A stretch of 60,095 bases of DNA, taken from Candidatus Kaiserbacteria bacterium (GTDB lineage Bacteria; Patescibacteriota; Minisyncoccia; Phycocordibacterales; UBA2100). The position numbers were made by a program, and so were the translations under genes. Where the stretch lies: NCBI GenBank assembly GCA_016217935.1, contig JACRFJ010000010.1, forward strand, positions 1 through 60,095. Direction: 5' to 3'. The notes below the pieces were generated by a model. It worked only from the letters and a program-made list of their open reading frames with translations. It searched no databases and had not been told where the DNA came from. Shown here one piece after another: positions 1 through 8,532 of this stretch (the stretch's first letter is position 1; every line of letters starts with the position of its first letter).

Positions 1-156
1 ATCTTTTTTTGTGTTGCATGGACACGATGGATCCCAGCCACCCATACACATCGCATTTTGCGCATGCGTGGTGCTCGGTAGCGAAAGCATCGCGACTACG
101 AAAATAAGTGTGAGGAGAAGTAGCTTTGTGCGAGATGCGCCGAATGCACTGCTCAT
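1..156 (-). CDS. hypothetical secreted protein, N-terminal fragment (gene runs off the left edge)
   Basis: An ATG at 156 on the minus strand opens a frame that stays open to position 1. The product starts MSSAFGASRTKLLLLTLIFVVAMLSLPSTTHAQ (signal-peptide-like), followed by a Cys-rich stretch. No SD was seen. Confidence 0.35.
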   Translation of the reverse strand, partial: MSSAFGASRTKLLLLTLIFVVAMLSLPSTTHAQNAMCMGGWDPSCPCNTKKD

Positions 157-170
157 GATAATAAATGGTA

Positions 171-800
171 TCACACCTGCGAGAGCATGAAGTATTCCAG
201 CGCGTATTCGAAATCGAATCCCGCGCGGCGGGATTCGTGAGGCAACTCCGCAAGCTCGGCGACGAGCTTTTTCGCGCGCTCGTCCTCCGGATTGCGCAAG
301 AGTGATTGCTTCGCGCCGTAAAAAAGCATGCCGTGAATCGCTTCGGGTGCTTTGCCCGCGGTAATTTCGCGCCGATATGTCACCCAGAGTTCCCTTTTCT
401 TGCCCTGCTGCAAATAATTGGCGAGCGCGAAGATATTTTCTTTCTTGGCTTCCTTTTTAAGATCATATCGCTCACTCTTTTCCGCATATTTCTCAAGTAG
501 CTTTCGTGTTGCTGCGTCGGGAGTGGCTTCGTACATGAAAACGATATCATCGGATTTTGAAATGTGCGGCAAGCGCTCATTTATAGTGATTTGAAGTTCT
601 TCATTTTCCATGACGTTGTCGAGCACGACGATTTTCGCTTCCGCAAACATGCCACCGCCGGAGAGCGCGGCCTGCAGATCCGCAACTGAATGCGCGTCGG
701 TAATGCGGATCATCCTCGCTTTTTTTACAGCCTTTGCGGTTGCGAAGCTGAGCTTCTCCCGAACGGTGTCGGAATCTGTTCCCGTGTATAAATACAACAT
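171..800 (-). CDS. holA: DNA polymerase III delta subunit (HolA)-like, short form
   Basis: The ORF is 171..854. The likely start is the ATG at 800 (MLYLYTGTDSD...). The C-terminal part, ENIFALANYLQQGKKRELWVTYRREITAGKAPEAIHGMLFYGAKQ, resembles the HolA domain III pattern. It lies directly downstream of polA on the same strand. Confidence 0.5.
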   Translation of the reverse strand: MLYLYTGTDSDTVREKLSFATAKAVKKARMIRITDAHSVADLQAALSGGGMFAEAKIVVLDNVMENEELQITINERLPHISKSDDIVFMYEATPDAATRKLLEKYAEKSERYDLKKEAKKENIFALANYLQQGKKRELWVTYRREITAGKAPEAIHGMLFYGAKQSLLRNPEDERAKKLVAELAELPHESRRAGFDFEYALEYFMLSQV

Positions 801-848
801 AGATATTCGCTGCCCGTACAACCATTGTACGCGAACTGTGCATGTCCT

Positions 849-890
849 CCACATACTATATCTACGCTATAGCGTAGATATAGTATGTGG
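849..890. repeat. 42-bp perfect palindrome CCACATACTATATCTACGCTA|TAGCGTAGATATAGTATGTGG (copy 1 of 2)
   Basis: Read directly from the sequence. It abuts the polA stop codon (891) and lies upstream of holA. A second copy sits at 31871-31904. Confidence 0.95.
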
Positions 891-3299
891 TCACTTCTCG
901 CGATTGATGCGTTCGACCGAGCCCCAATCAGGACCTATCGAGACTTCTGCGATTATCGGGACGCCGCTCAATTCTTTTGTATCGACGACCGATTCCATTA
1001 TTGTCCGCAATTCATCGGCAATTGTTTTCGCTTCTTTCGCAGCGACTTCGTAGACCAATTCATCGTGCACTTGCAAGAGAAGTCGTACATCTTTTCGCAG
1101 ATCCCTTTTTTCGATCATCCGATCCGCTTCCACCATGGCACGCTTGATGATGTCGGATTGGGTCCCCTGCATCGGTGCGTTGATAGCCATGCGTTCAGCC
1201 TGCGCACGCAGATTTGGCAGTGGTGATTTGAACCCGGGAAAGTATCGGCGGCGGCCGAACAGTGTCTCAGTGTATCCGAGTCGCGAAGCCTCTGCTTTTG
1301 TCTTCTCGATGTAACGCGCAAGACCAGAGAAATTTCTGAAATATTCTTCGAGATATTTCGCTGCTTCGTCGCGCGAGATTCCTTCGCCCAGATTGGCGCG
1401 CAGTGCGTTGACGCCCATGCCGTAGAGGATCCCGAAATTGATTACTTTTGCACGACGACGCATTTCACGGTCGACGTGCTCCGGTGGTACACCAAAAACT
1501 TCTGCAGCTGTCGCTGCATGCACGTCTTCGCCACTCTTGAAAATACGCACGAGCTTCTCATCGCCCGAGAGTCCCGCCGCAATTCTGAGTTCAATTTGTG
1601 AATAGTCGATCGCGACAATAACATTTCCCTTTTCGGCCAAGAACGCATTGCGAATGCGTTTCCCATGCTCCGTACGAATCGGAATGTTTTGCAGATTGGG
1701 ATTCTGACTCGCCATGCGGCCGGTCGCAGCGCCCGCCTGGAGAAATTCGGCGTGCAAACGACCGTCTTTTCCTACGAGCGCGGGAATTTTATCGATGTAC
1801 GTCGAGAGGAGCTTTTGCAGCTCGCGGTACATGAGCACATCGCCGATGATCGGATGGAGGTCCGTCATTTTTGAGAGCTCTTCTTCGCGCGTCGTGCGCG
1901 CGCCCGTCGCCGTCTTTTTTTGTTTTGCGGGTGTCAGCTTGAGCTCGTCGTAGAGCACATCGCCGAGCTGCTTGGGCGAATTGATGTTGAACTCATGCCC
2001 CGCATGCGAATAGATGCGCCCGGCGACCTCACCGAGCTCCTTGGTATATTGCTTCGAAAGCTGTTGCAGATATTTCGTATCGACGGCAATCCCGTCGTCA
2101 TGCATGCGCCGTACGATGGGGATGAGTGGTTGTTCGATGCGCTCCCATACGTCGACGAGTCTCCCCGTCTCACGAAGCATTGCAAAGATTTTCTTCCGCG
2201 CCAGCTCGAAATCCTCGGTATTGGCAAACGTGAGAATATCGGAGAGATCAGGCGTCGTGAGATCGCTGCGCAAAAGCCAGAGCGCGATCGATGTTTCCTC
2301 GAGCGCTTCCGGATCGATCTCTTTTCCCCCGATGGTCTGCTTCTCCTCGATTTCTGCGACCGACGAGAGTTTGCCCTTGAGGCGCTCTCGCAAAGAGCGG
2401 AATTCAAGTTCGTCGAGGAGTGGTGCGATCGTCGCTGCATGATCTTCGAGGTGATATTGCCGCTCGGGGAGTTTGAAACCGATCGGGACATTGTGGTGAA
2501 TCGTAGCGAGTTTTTTGGAGAACAGCGCCTGACTTTCATGGCCTGCAACACGACTCACGTACTGTGCCCGCACCCCTGTTTCTTTCGCGACCGCATCGAC
2601 GCCCTTGGCATGAAGCGCTTTGTATATTTTCGAAAGATCGCCGTACGTCATGATGAGTTTTTTTGCGCTCGTCTCCCCCACGCCGGGCACGCCGGGGATG
2701 TTGTCGGATGTATCACCCACGATTCCCTTGTAATCGGTCACATGCTCGGGGCCGAATCCGTATCTTTCCCGCACCGCGTCTTCGTCGTAGATGACCGTAT
2801 CCGAAATACCGGTGCGGAGCATAAAGACCCTCACCCGCGGGCGCACGAGCTGGAGTGTATCGCTATCCCCCGTCGCGATGATTGTCTCGAGGTCGCTTCG
2901 CGCGCTCGTCTTGTCGACAATCGTGCCGAGCATATCGTCGGCCTCGTAACCTTCTTGCGAATACACCGGAATGCCGAAAGCTTCAAATACTTTCGGTGCT
3001 TGCTTCAACTGTACGAGGAGTTCTTGATCGATTTCTGCGCGTTTCGCTTTGTATGCCTTGAATTCCTCATGTCGTATCGTCTTCCCTGGTAAATCGCGCG
3101 TTGCAATGATGTAGTTTGGTTTCAACGTCTCTGTGATTTTGAGGAGTGTGAGAAGGAGGCCATAGAGAGCCCCTGTTGGCTCCCCATTGGATTTTGAGAA
3201 ATCTGGAATCGCATGATACGCACGGTGCAAAATCGCATGTGAGTCGAGCAGCACTATGCGCTGCAGCTCTCCCGCCGATTTTTCCGGCGTCTCCCCCAT
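891..3299 (-). CDS. polA: DNA polymerase I (5'-3' exonuclease + polymerase domains)
   Basis: 833-aa ORF (891..3392). The N-terminus (IVLLDSHAILHRAYHA ... GYEADDMLGT) is 5'-nuclease-like. The C-terminus carries the pol A family motifs (DYSQIELRIAA, RRRAKVINFGILYGM, QVHDELV). The start is ambiguous: ATG 3299 avoids overlap with tsaE, and alternatives are ATG 3368, ATG 3389 and GTG 3392. Confidence 0.95.
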   Translation of the reverse strand: MGETPEKSAGELQRIVLLDSHAILHRAYHAIPDFSKSNGEPTGALYGLLLTLLKITETLKPNYIIATRDLPGKTIRHEEFKAYKAKRAEIDQELLVQLKQAPKVFEAFGIPVYSQEGYEADDMLGTIVDKTSARSDLETIIATGDSDTLQLVRPRVRVFMLRTGISDTVIYDEDAVRERYGFGPEHVTDYKGIVGDTSDNIPGVPGVGETSAKKLIMTYGDLSKIYKALHAKGVDAVAKETGVRAQYVSRVAGHESQALFSKKLATIHHNVPIGFKLPERQYHLEDHAATIAPLLDELEFRSLRERLKGKLSSVAEIEEKQTIGGKEIDPEALEETSIALWLLRSDLTTPDLSDILTFANTEDFELARKKIFAMLRETGRLVDVWERIEQPLIPIVRRMHDDGIAVDTKYLQQLSKQYTKELGEVAGRIYSHAGHEFNINSPKQLGDVLYDELKLTPAKQKKTATGARTTREEELSKMTDLHPIIGDVLMYRELQKLLSTYIDKIPALVGKDGRLHAEFLQAGAATGRMASQNPNLQNIPIRTEHGKRIRNAFLAEKGNVIVAIDYSQIELRIAAGLSGDEKLVRIFKSGEDVHAATAAEVFGVPPEHVDREMRRRAKVINFGILYGMGVNALRANLGEGISRDEAAKYLEEYFRNFSGLARYIEKTKAEASRLGYTETLFGRRRYFPGFKSPLPNLRAQAERMAINAPMQGTQSDIIKRAMVEADRMIEKRDLRKDVRLLLQVHDELVYEVAAKEAKTIADELRTIMESVVDTKELSGVPIIAEVSIGPDWGSVERINREK

Positions 3300-3339
3300 T
3301 TGGCCAACCACTTTTGAGCTCCTCTTTTTCTCTATCTTT

Positions 3340-3804
3340 CTAGCTGTTACTTTTTTCTTCGCTGCCATGTAGGGAGATGATACGCCCATCACCGTCGATG
3401 TCGAATCTCACCTGAATGGCATCTTCGGGTAGAAGATTGGCGACTTTTTCAGGCCATTCGATCAATATGAGGTTGCGTGGATCCCGCACGAGCTCGTGCC
3501 AGCCAAGCTTTTCGAGCTCTGCCGGTGACTCAAGACGGTATGCATCAATGTGCACGAGTCTCGAAAATGATGGATTTCGTAAATCCATCATCGGGAGCGG
3601 GTAGATTTTTTCAATAACAAATGTCGGGCTTGCGACGGTCTCGGTGACACCGAGCGCCTCGGCGACACCCTGCGCAAAATTTGTCTTCCCCGATCCGAGG
3701 TCGCCCGAGAGGGCGACCACCCGCGCCCGCACTCCTTGCGTAAGCGTACGCACAAAATCCGCCCCGATTTTTTTCAACTCATCGCATGTGGAGCTCCGCA
3801 TCAT
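3340..3804 (-). CDS. tsaE: tRNA t6A37 biosynthesis protein TsaE (P-loop ATPase)
   Basis: Carries GDLGSGKTNFAQG (P-loop), SPTFVI and HIDAYRL motifs, and the 154-aa size fits. Its ATG overlaps the upstream gene's stop (ATGA at 3801-3804). Confidence 0.85.
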   Translation of the reverse strand: MMRSSTCDELKKIGADFVRTLTQGVRARVVALSGDLGSGKTNFAQGVAEALGVTETVASPTFVIEKIYPLPMMDLRNPSFSRLVHIDAYRLESPAELEKLGWHELVRDPRNLILIEWPEKVANLLPEDAIQVRFDIDGDGRIISLHGSEEKSNS

Positions 3805-4943
3805 CGTGCGATTTTAGCAGTCGTCTTCGCGCTCGGCTTTGGGGTATCCGGGCCGGCACATGGTTCCTCTTTATCAAGTTGTTCATACGGGACAAAACGG
3901 ATGACTGCACCCAGCTTATTTAGATACGCGTTCCGTATCTGTTCGTACTCCAGATTAAATTTGAAGGTCTTATCAACACTATGTTTGATGAATGATTTCC
4001 TCATTGCCTCCGCGTCACTTTGCATTTGTTTGATTTGCGCATCGGCCGTTGCCACCCGTTGGGCATGAAGTCGTATATCCTCCAGCAGAGAGCGATTGGC
4101 AGCAGAGATCAGAAGTCGTGCGATATCGTCATTCGGAGCACGTTTGTGTCCTGCTAGTGAGAAAATAATTTGTTCGCGTTTGCCTGCTTCGTATACATGT
4201 GGTTGTTTTTCGCGAAATTCAGCAAGCTTCCTCAAACTTTCGTTGTCTAAGTGTTGAACGACAGCATCAATATTCGCCTGCGGTACATTCGATAATATAT
4301 TTTCAATGCGGCCCCGAAGCAGATTGAATTGCGCCACTGCGTCGTTCTGCTCCCGTAAAATCTTTAAATACTGGGGGGCTTCTTTGAGTTCCATCGGGCT
4401 CGCTGCGCGGTTGTACCACACACCTCTTGCATCGAACACTGCACTGAATACGCGTCCCGGCTTCACGCCATGCATTCGATAAATATGCTGATAGAAAAGC
4501 CACTCGCCAACATCAACATCTATGCGGCTTGGCGGCGCGTATCGCTTCTCTGGCTCTTTAAGACCAAATACATGGCCCACCGAATATTGTGGGTGCGTGT
4601 GTATGGAACAAAGTGAATCAATCGCTTTGTCTCCACGCCACTCAATAATGTCTCTGTCGTTAATATTGAATACCGTAGACACTTGATCCACCTGTCCTTT
4701 TTGTACAGGTAGCCATTGCGACGTGCCGTCCATATATCGAACAAACGTTGCGGAAACTTCATACGGATCCTGCTCGACACTCTGCTTGAGCTTGTGTGCC
4801 CCCTCTGTCCATGTCGCCCCCTGCGGGATTTCAGCGGCACGCGCAGGGCCGTGTTCGTACACCGGCGCAAATGTGGAGGCTGCAATAATGCCTGCTTTCA
4901 GCGTATTCGCGGCGGATTTTTTTAATCGCTCCATCCCTTTCAT
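3801..4943 (-). CDS. hypothetical secreted/anchored protein with JAB/MPN-like H-T-H-P...S-R-I-D motif and C-terminal coiled coil
   Basis: The ORF is 3801..5210, but its first ~90 codons are antisense to pilB. The plausible start is MKGMERLKKSAANTLKAGIIAASTF (ATG 4943, or 4934). Contains CSIHTHPQYSVGH...APPSRIDVD. The region is visibly more A/T-rich than its neighbours. Confidence 0.6.
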   Translation of the reverse strand: MKGMERLKKSAANTLKAGIIAASTFAPVYEHGPARAAEIPQGATWTEGAHKLKQSVEQDPYEVSATFVRYMDGTSQWLPVQKGQVDQVSTVFNINDRDIIEWRGDKAIDSLCSIHTHPQYSVGHVFGLKEPEKRYAPPSRIDVDVGEWLFYQHIYRMHGVKPGRVFSAVFDARGVWYNRAASPMELKEAPQYLKILREQNDAVAQFNLLRGRIENILSNVPQANIDAVVQHLDNESLRKLAEFREKQPHVYEAGKREQIIFSLAGHKRAPNDDIARLLISAANRSLLEDIRLHAQRVATADAQIKQMQSDAEAMRKSFIKHSVDKTFKFNLEYEQIRNAYLNKLGAVIRFVPYEQLDKEEPCAGPDTPKPSAKTTAKIAR

Positions 4944-4970
4944 ATAGAAAACGGTAACACGAAATTGCGG

Positions 4971-4976
4971 TAGAAT
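4971..4976 (+). promoter_or_regulatory. -10-like box TAGAAT, 7 nt upstream of the second in-frame ATG of pilB (4984)
   Basis: Reads gcggTAGAATgatcgagATG. The box overlaps the first ATG (4975), so a transcript from it would begin at about 4983-4984, making it leaderless. Confidence 0.3.
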
Positions 4977-6675
4977 GATCGAGATGACGACGTTCAATGA
5001 AAAGAAGCAAGATGAACGGCTGCACGAGCTGCGATTGCGCGAAGAGGAACAGCTCGCCGAGATGCTCTCAAAAAAATACAATGTCGAGTATGTCGACCTC
5101 ACCTCCAAATCGATCGAGACAGATGCGCTCGCGCTCGTCCCCGAAGGAGTCGCGAAGGCGACCGAAATTGCTCCGTTTCGTAAAATTAACAAGCAACTTT
5201 TCGTCGCCATGCGCTCACCTGAGCGACCCGACGCGCTGACCGTAATCCAAAATCTCGAACGCCTCGGCTATCAGGTGCGACGATTTATCGTCTCTTCTGC
5301 GTCGCTCGAGCATGCGTGGGATCGCTATCACGATATTTCCTTCGCGACTGAGACGGAGGCCGGCATCCTCACACTTTCCAACGAGACGATCCAGGAAATG
5401 TTGCAAAAGCTGAAGACGCTCAGCGACGTACGCGCCGAAATCCAGTCGCACGCGGGCTCAAAAGACACGCATCGCATCTCGCGCGTGCTTGAAATCATCA
5501 TGGCGGGATCGCTTTCCTTGGGAGCCTCCGATGTGCACCTCGAGCCAGAAGAAAATGGTGTGCGGATGCGGTACCGACTCGACGGCGTGCTTGTCGAGGT
5601 ACTCATGTTCGACGCACCAACCTATGCGCTCATTTCATCGCGCTTGAAACTACTCTCCGGATTGAAGCTCAACGTAAAAAACGCCGCACAGGACGGTCGC
5701 TTCTCAATCGTAGTCGGTGGCAAAGAAATCGAAATTCGTACTTCTGTGCTCCCCGGTGCGTATGCAGAGACGATTGTGATGCGTCTTCTCGATCCCACCA
5801 CGATTGCGCTTCCGATGGAAGCGCTCGGCTTCGATAAATACCTCATGGAAATTTTTCATCGCGAGATCGCGAAGCCCAACGGCATGATCCTCAATACGGG
5901 TCCAACGGGAAGCGGCAAGACGACGACGCTCTACGCGTTCCTTCGCCAAGTGCACAATCCGGGGATCAAGATCGTCACGATTGAAGACCCGATCGAATAC
6001 CACCTTCCCGGCGTCGTGCAGACGCAGGTATCGAAAGATTATTCATTTGCGCAGGGGCTGCGCTCCACGCTTCGCCAAGACCCGGACGTCATCATGGTCG
6101 GCGAGATCCGCGATGCGGAAGTGGCATCCACCGCTGTGCACGCGTCGCTCACGGGCCACCTCGTCTTTTCGACCTTGCATACCAATGATGCGGGCGGCAC
6201 GTTCCCGCGCCTCATCGACATGGGCGTGGCACCAGACATCCTCGGAGCAGCGGTGACAACCGCGATGGCGCAGCGCCTCGTGCGTCGTCTCTGTCCCGAA
6301 TGCCGTGTCGCCGCACCGATCGATGGTGAGAATAAGAAAACAATGGAAATGCTGCTCAAAAAGATCCCGCATGCCGATGAGATCCCAACCAACAGAGAGA
6401 CGATGTGGATCCCGAAAGGCTGCGAGAAATGTGGCGGACTCGGATACAAAGGCCGTATCGCTGTCGTTGAAGTAATTTTGATGGATAAAGAAATCGAGGA
6501 GTGCGTTCGACACACCTCATCAGAGCGCGATATTTGGCACGCAGCGAAACATCAGCAAATCCGGCGGATGGCGCAAGACGGCGCGGTGAAAGTATTACAA
6601 GGCGTCACCTCTCTCGAAGAACTCGGCCGCGTCGTCGATCTACACGATGAGGTGATGCTGGAAACTATTGCATAG
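4975..6675 (+). CDS. GspE/PilB-family type IV pilus / type II secretion assembly ATPase
   Basis: Carries Walker A GPTGSGKTTT, Asp box/Walker B DPDVIMVGEIRD, His box GHLVFSTLHTND and the tetracysteine CPEC...CEKC. No pilC, pilM or pilin gene is adjacent. The start may be the ATG at 4984. Confidence 0.9.
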   Translation: MIEMTTFNEKKQDERLHELRLREEEQLAEMLSKKYNVEYVDLTSKSIETDALALVPEGVAKATEIAPFRKINKQLFVAMRSPERPDALTVIQNLERLGYQVRRFIVSSASLEHAWDRYHDISFATETEAGILTLSNETIQEMLQKLKTLSDVRAEIQSHAGSKDTHRISRVLEIIMAGSLSLGASDVHLEPEENGVRMRYRLDGVLVEVLMFDAPTYALISSRLKLLSGLKLNVKNAAQDGRFSIVVGGKEIEIRTSVLPGAYAETIVMRLLDPTTIALPMEALGFDKYLMEIFHREIAKPNGMILNTGPTGSGKTTTLYAFLRQVHNPGIKIVTIEDPIEYHLPGVVQTQVSKDYSFAQGLRSTLRQDPDVIMVGEIRDAEVASTAVHASLTGHLVFSTLHTNDAGGTFPRLIDMGVAPDILGAAVTTAMAQRLVRRLCPECRVAAPIDGENKKTMEMLLKKIPHADEIPTNRETMWIPKGCEKCGGLGYKGRIAVVEVILMDKEIEECVRHTSSERDIWHAAKHQQIRRMAQDGAVKVLQGVTSLEELGRVVDLHDEVMLETIA

Positions 6676-6689
6676 TTACACCACACAGT

Positions 6690-6961
6690 TGCATTGCATG
6701 GCGACAATGCAGTGCTATGTTTGCCATAGATTCGGAGTCGCAACCGTTCGGCAATGCTCAGAGTGCGGAGCCGCACAATTTCGGGTGATGCTTTTGTAGG
6801 AAAAGTTGCAGTTGGAAATCTAAGGATAGCGGTAGTCGAAACCGCCGCGTCCTCGATAGAACCGCCATCACCCGAAGCTGTGCGCCTCTTGATGTGAGAT
6901 AATGAACGTAATCCGTTTTAGAAACGGACGGCCAAAGGAAAAAGCGGATTTCTCCGCCCTC
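6690..6961 (-). ncRNA. candidate structured non-coding RNA of unknown class
   Basis: The 366-nt gap between pilB and ruvB has no credible ORF. A near-consensus promoter points leftward (see 6967-6994). Structural elements on the minus strand:
- a 5' GNRA hairpin, GCGGA-GAAA-UCCGC
- an 11-bp long-range helix, UUCGGGUGAUG/CAUCACCCGAA (plus coordinates 6780-6790 with 6866-6876)
- a T-arm-like hairpin, GCGGU-UUCGACU-ACCGC
- a hairpin at 6691-6710
The 3' end is undefined. Confidence 0.3.
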
Positions 6962-6966
6962 GTCAC

Positions 6967-6994
6967 AGTATAGCATATTAGAAGGAATTGTCAA
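6967..6994 (-). promoter_or_regulatory. sigma70-type promoter TTGACA-N16-TGCTATACT (extended -10), reading toward lower coordinates
   Basis: The reverse complement of 6967-6994 reads TTGACAATTCCTTCTAATATGCTATACT. No protein gene lies downstream on that strand. Confidence 0.5.
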
Positions 6995-7041
6995 TATCGA
7001 GCCTTTTCTCGCCCCAACCGGCGCCAGATGAGCCTCATCGT

Positions 7042-8055
7042 ATGAATAAAACTGCACACGAAGTAGAAAAATCTCCCCGGTCGCTCGACCAGGCGCTTCG
7101 CCCCGCCAATTGGGAGGATTACGTGGGTCAAGCCGGGATCAAGGAAAATCTGCGGATCCTTCTCACCGCTGCAAAAGGTCGCAATCATCAGCCCGAGCAC
7201 GTGCTGCTCTACGGCCCACCTGGATTGGGCAAGACAACACTCGCACATTTGATGAGCAAAGAAATCGGCGCCAGCCTCCGCTCGACCTCTGGTCCAGCAA
7301 TCGAGCGCGTGGGTGACCTCGCATCGATACTCACGAATCTCGCGCCCGGTGATGTACTCTTCATCGACGAGATCCACCGACTCAATCGCACGATCGAGGA
7401 GGTGCTCTATCCAGCGATGGAAGCGGGTGTGCTCGATATCGTGATCGGCAAGGGTCCCGCGGCGCGCACGGTACAGCTCGAGCTCCCACCCTTTACGCTC
7501 ATCGCGGCAACCACGCGCATCTCGATGCTCTCCGCGCCACTTCGCTCACGATTTTCCGGCGGAACGTTTCGACTGCAGTACTACACTGATGATGAAATTG
7601 CCGAAATCCTGCGTCGCTCTTCAAAAATTCTCACGATCAGTGTGGATACAGATTCGCTCATCGAAATCTCGCGTCGTTCGCGCTCGACTCCGCGCACTGC
7701 CAACTACCTTTTGAAACGCGCCCGCGACTTTGCAGAGGTGAGCGATGTGAAGTTAGATTTAAAAACGGTAAAAAAGGCGCTCGCGATGCTTGAGATCGAT
7801 GAGGGCGGGCTCAACCAAACTGATCGTGACATACTCAACGTAATTATCGAAAAATTTAATGGCGGGCCTGTGGGGTTAAAAACAATCGCGGCCGCGCTCT
7901 CTGAGGAAGAAGCAACGATCGAAGAGGTCAACGAGCCATACCTCATGCAGACAGGATTGATCGAGCGTACGCCGCGCGGCCGCACGGTAACGAAGAAAGG
8001 CTACTCGCACCTTGGAGCTGACATCCCTCCTCACCAGCAGAAACTCGTCGCATAG
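7042..8055 (+). CDS. ruvB: Holliday junction branch migration ATPase RuvB
   Basis: Carries LLYGPPGLGKTTLA (Walker A) and VLFIDEIHRL (Walker B), plus the RuvB C-terminal winged helix (LMQTGLIERTPRGR). The ORF opens at TTG 6988. The ATG at 7042 (MNKTAHEV) is the likely start. Confidence 0.93.
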   Translation: MNKTAHEVEKSPRSLDQALRPANWEDYVGQAGIKENLRILLTAAKGRNHQPEHVLLYGPPGLGKTTLAHLMSKEIGASLRSTSGPAIERVGDLASILTNLAPGDVLFIDEIHRLNRTIEEVLYPAMEAGVLDIVIGKGPAARTVQLELPPFTLIAATTRISMLSAPLRSRFSGGTFRLQYYTDDEIAEILRRSSKILTISVDTDSLIEISRRSRSTPRTANYLLKRARDFAEVSDVKLDLKTVKKALAMLEIDEGGLNQTDRDILNVIIEKFNGGPVGLKTIAAALSEEEATIEEVNEPYLMQTGLIERTPRGRTVTKKGYSHLGADIPPHQQKLVA

Positions 8056-8142
8056 TTGTCAGAAAATGAATTGTGGTCGAGTGGGGATAAAAGAAAAAAA
8101 TCCCCGCGGAGCATATACAATGAGCGCACTGAAGCACGGTAT

Positions 8143-8174
8143 CCAAAGAGCCTCCTTTGCGGGAGGCTCTTTGG
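8143..8174 (+). terminator. 13-bp perfect hairpin CCAAAGAGCCTCC-TTTGCG-GGAGGCTCTTTGG followed by TTTCGG
   Basis: Read directly from the sequence, about 90 nt after the ruvB stop. The U-tract is weak, so it may terminate ruvB or belong to an unannotated RNA. Confidence 0.5.
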
Positions 8175-8504
8175 TTTCGGCGATTTCGGATCGCTACGAG
8201 ATTTCGGGTGACTTGATGTGATCTCATCCTCCGCTACCTCCTAGCCCCATGCTCTCGCCGACTATTCCCGCACTGTCCCGAAGCTTGCGCTCCGATATAT
8301 CCAGGGAACTGCTCTCTGAGATTCTTGACGTTTCCATCACCCTCGTGAGAGCGACCGACGCACGGTAACGCACATCGATGGAAGTAAATATATACTGCGG
8401 TTGTAAACGCCAGTTTTGTACGAAACTGACGAAATGGTGGAAAACAGGTGCATGAAGCGGTGGATAACCATGTGCACAACGCTGTGCACAAAATATTTCA
8501 AATT

Positions 8505-8532
8505 TTGACAGTAACCCGCCCGTTGGTATCGT
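8505..8532 (+). promoter_or_regulatory. possible yebC promoter TTGACA-N16-TATCGT
   Basis: The -35 is perfect and the -10 is weak. It lies about 80 nt upstream of the yebC start. Confidence 0.25.

Noticed and set aside
1920-3092. 390-aa plus-strand ORF, together with several 140-205-aa ORFs, across 1900-3100
   Set aside because: These are antisense to polA, whose minus-strand translation carries unmistakable Pol I motifs. The plus-strand product is Arg/Leu/Phe-rich with no motif. This is a typical shadow ORF of GC-rich coding DNA.
6690-6961. tmRNA (ssrA) or a cryptic tRNA
   Set aside because: A T-arm-like hairpin and a GGACGCG lead-in are present. However, the region is too short for a one-piece tmRNA. 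No plausible tag ORF ending in ..AA-stop was found, the acceptor pairing needs a mismatch and several G-U pairs, and no cloverleaf could be completed. It is kept only as an unknown ncRNA candidate.
6758-7057. 99-aa minus-strand ORF in the pilB-ruvB gap
   Set aside because: It would start inside ruvB, runs through the promoter and hairpin region, and has an implausible composition. The region is better explained as non-coding RNA or regulatory DNA.
8120-8221. 33-aa ORF (MSALKHGIQRASFAGGSLVSAISDRYEISGDLM) with a GGAG 8 nt upstream
   Set aside because: Most of it is the 13-bp hairpin read as codons. It is too short and has no supporting feature beyond the SD-like tetramer.
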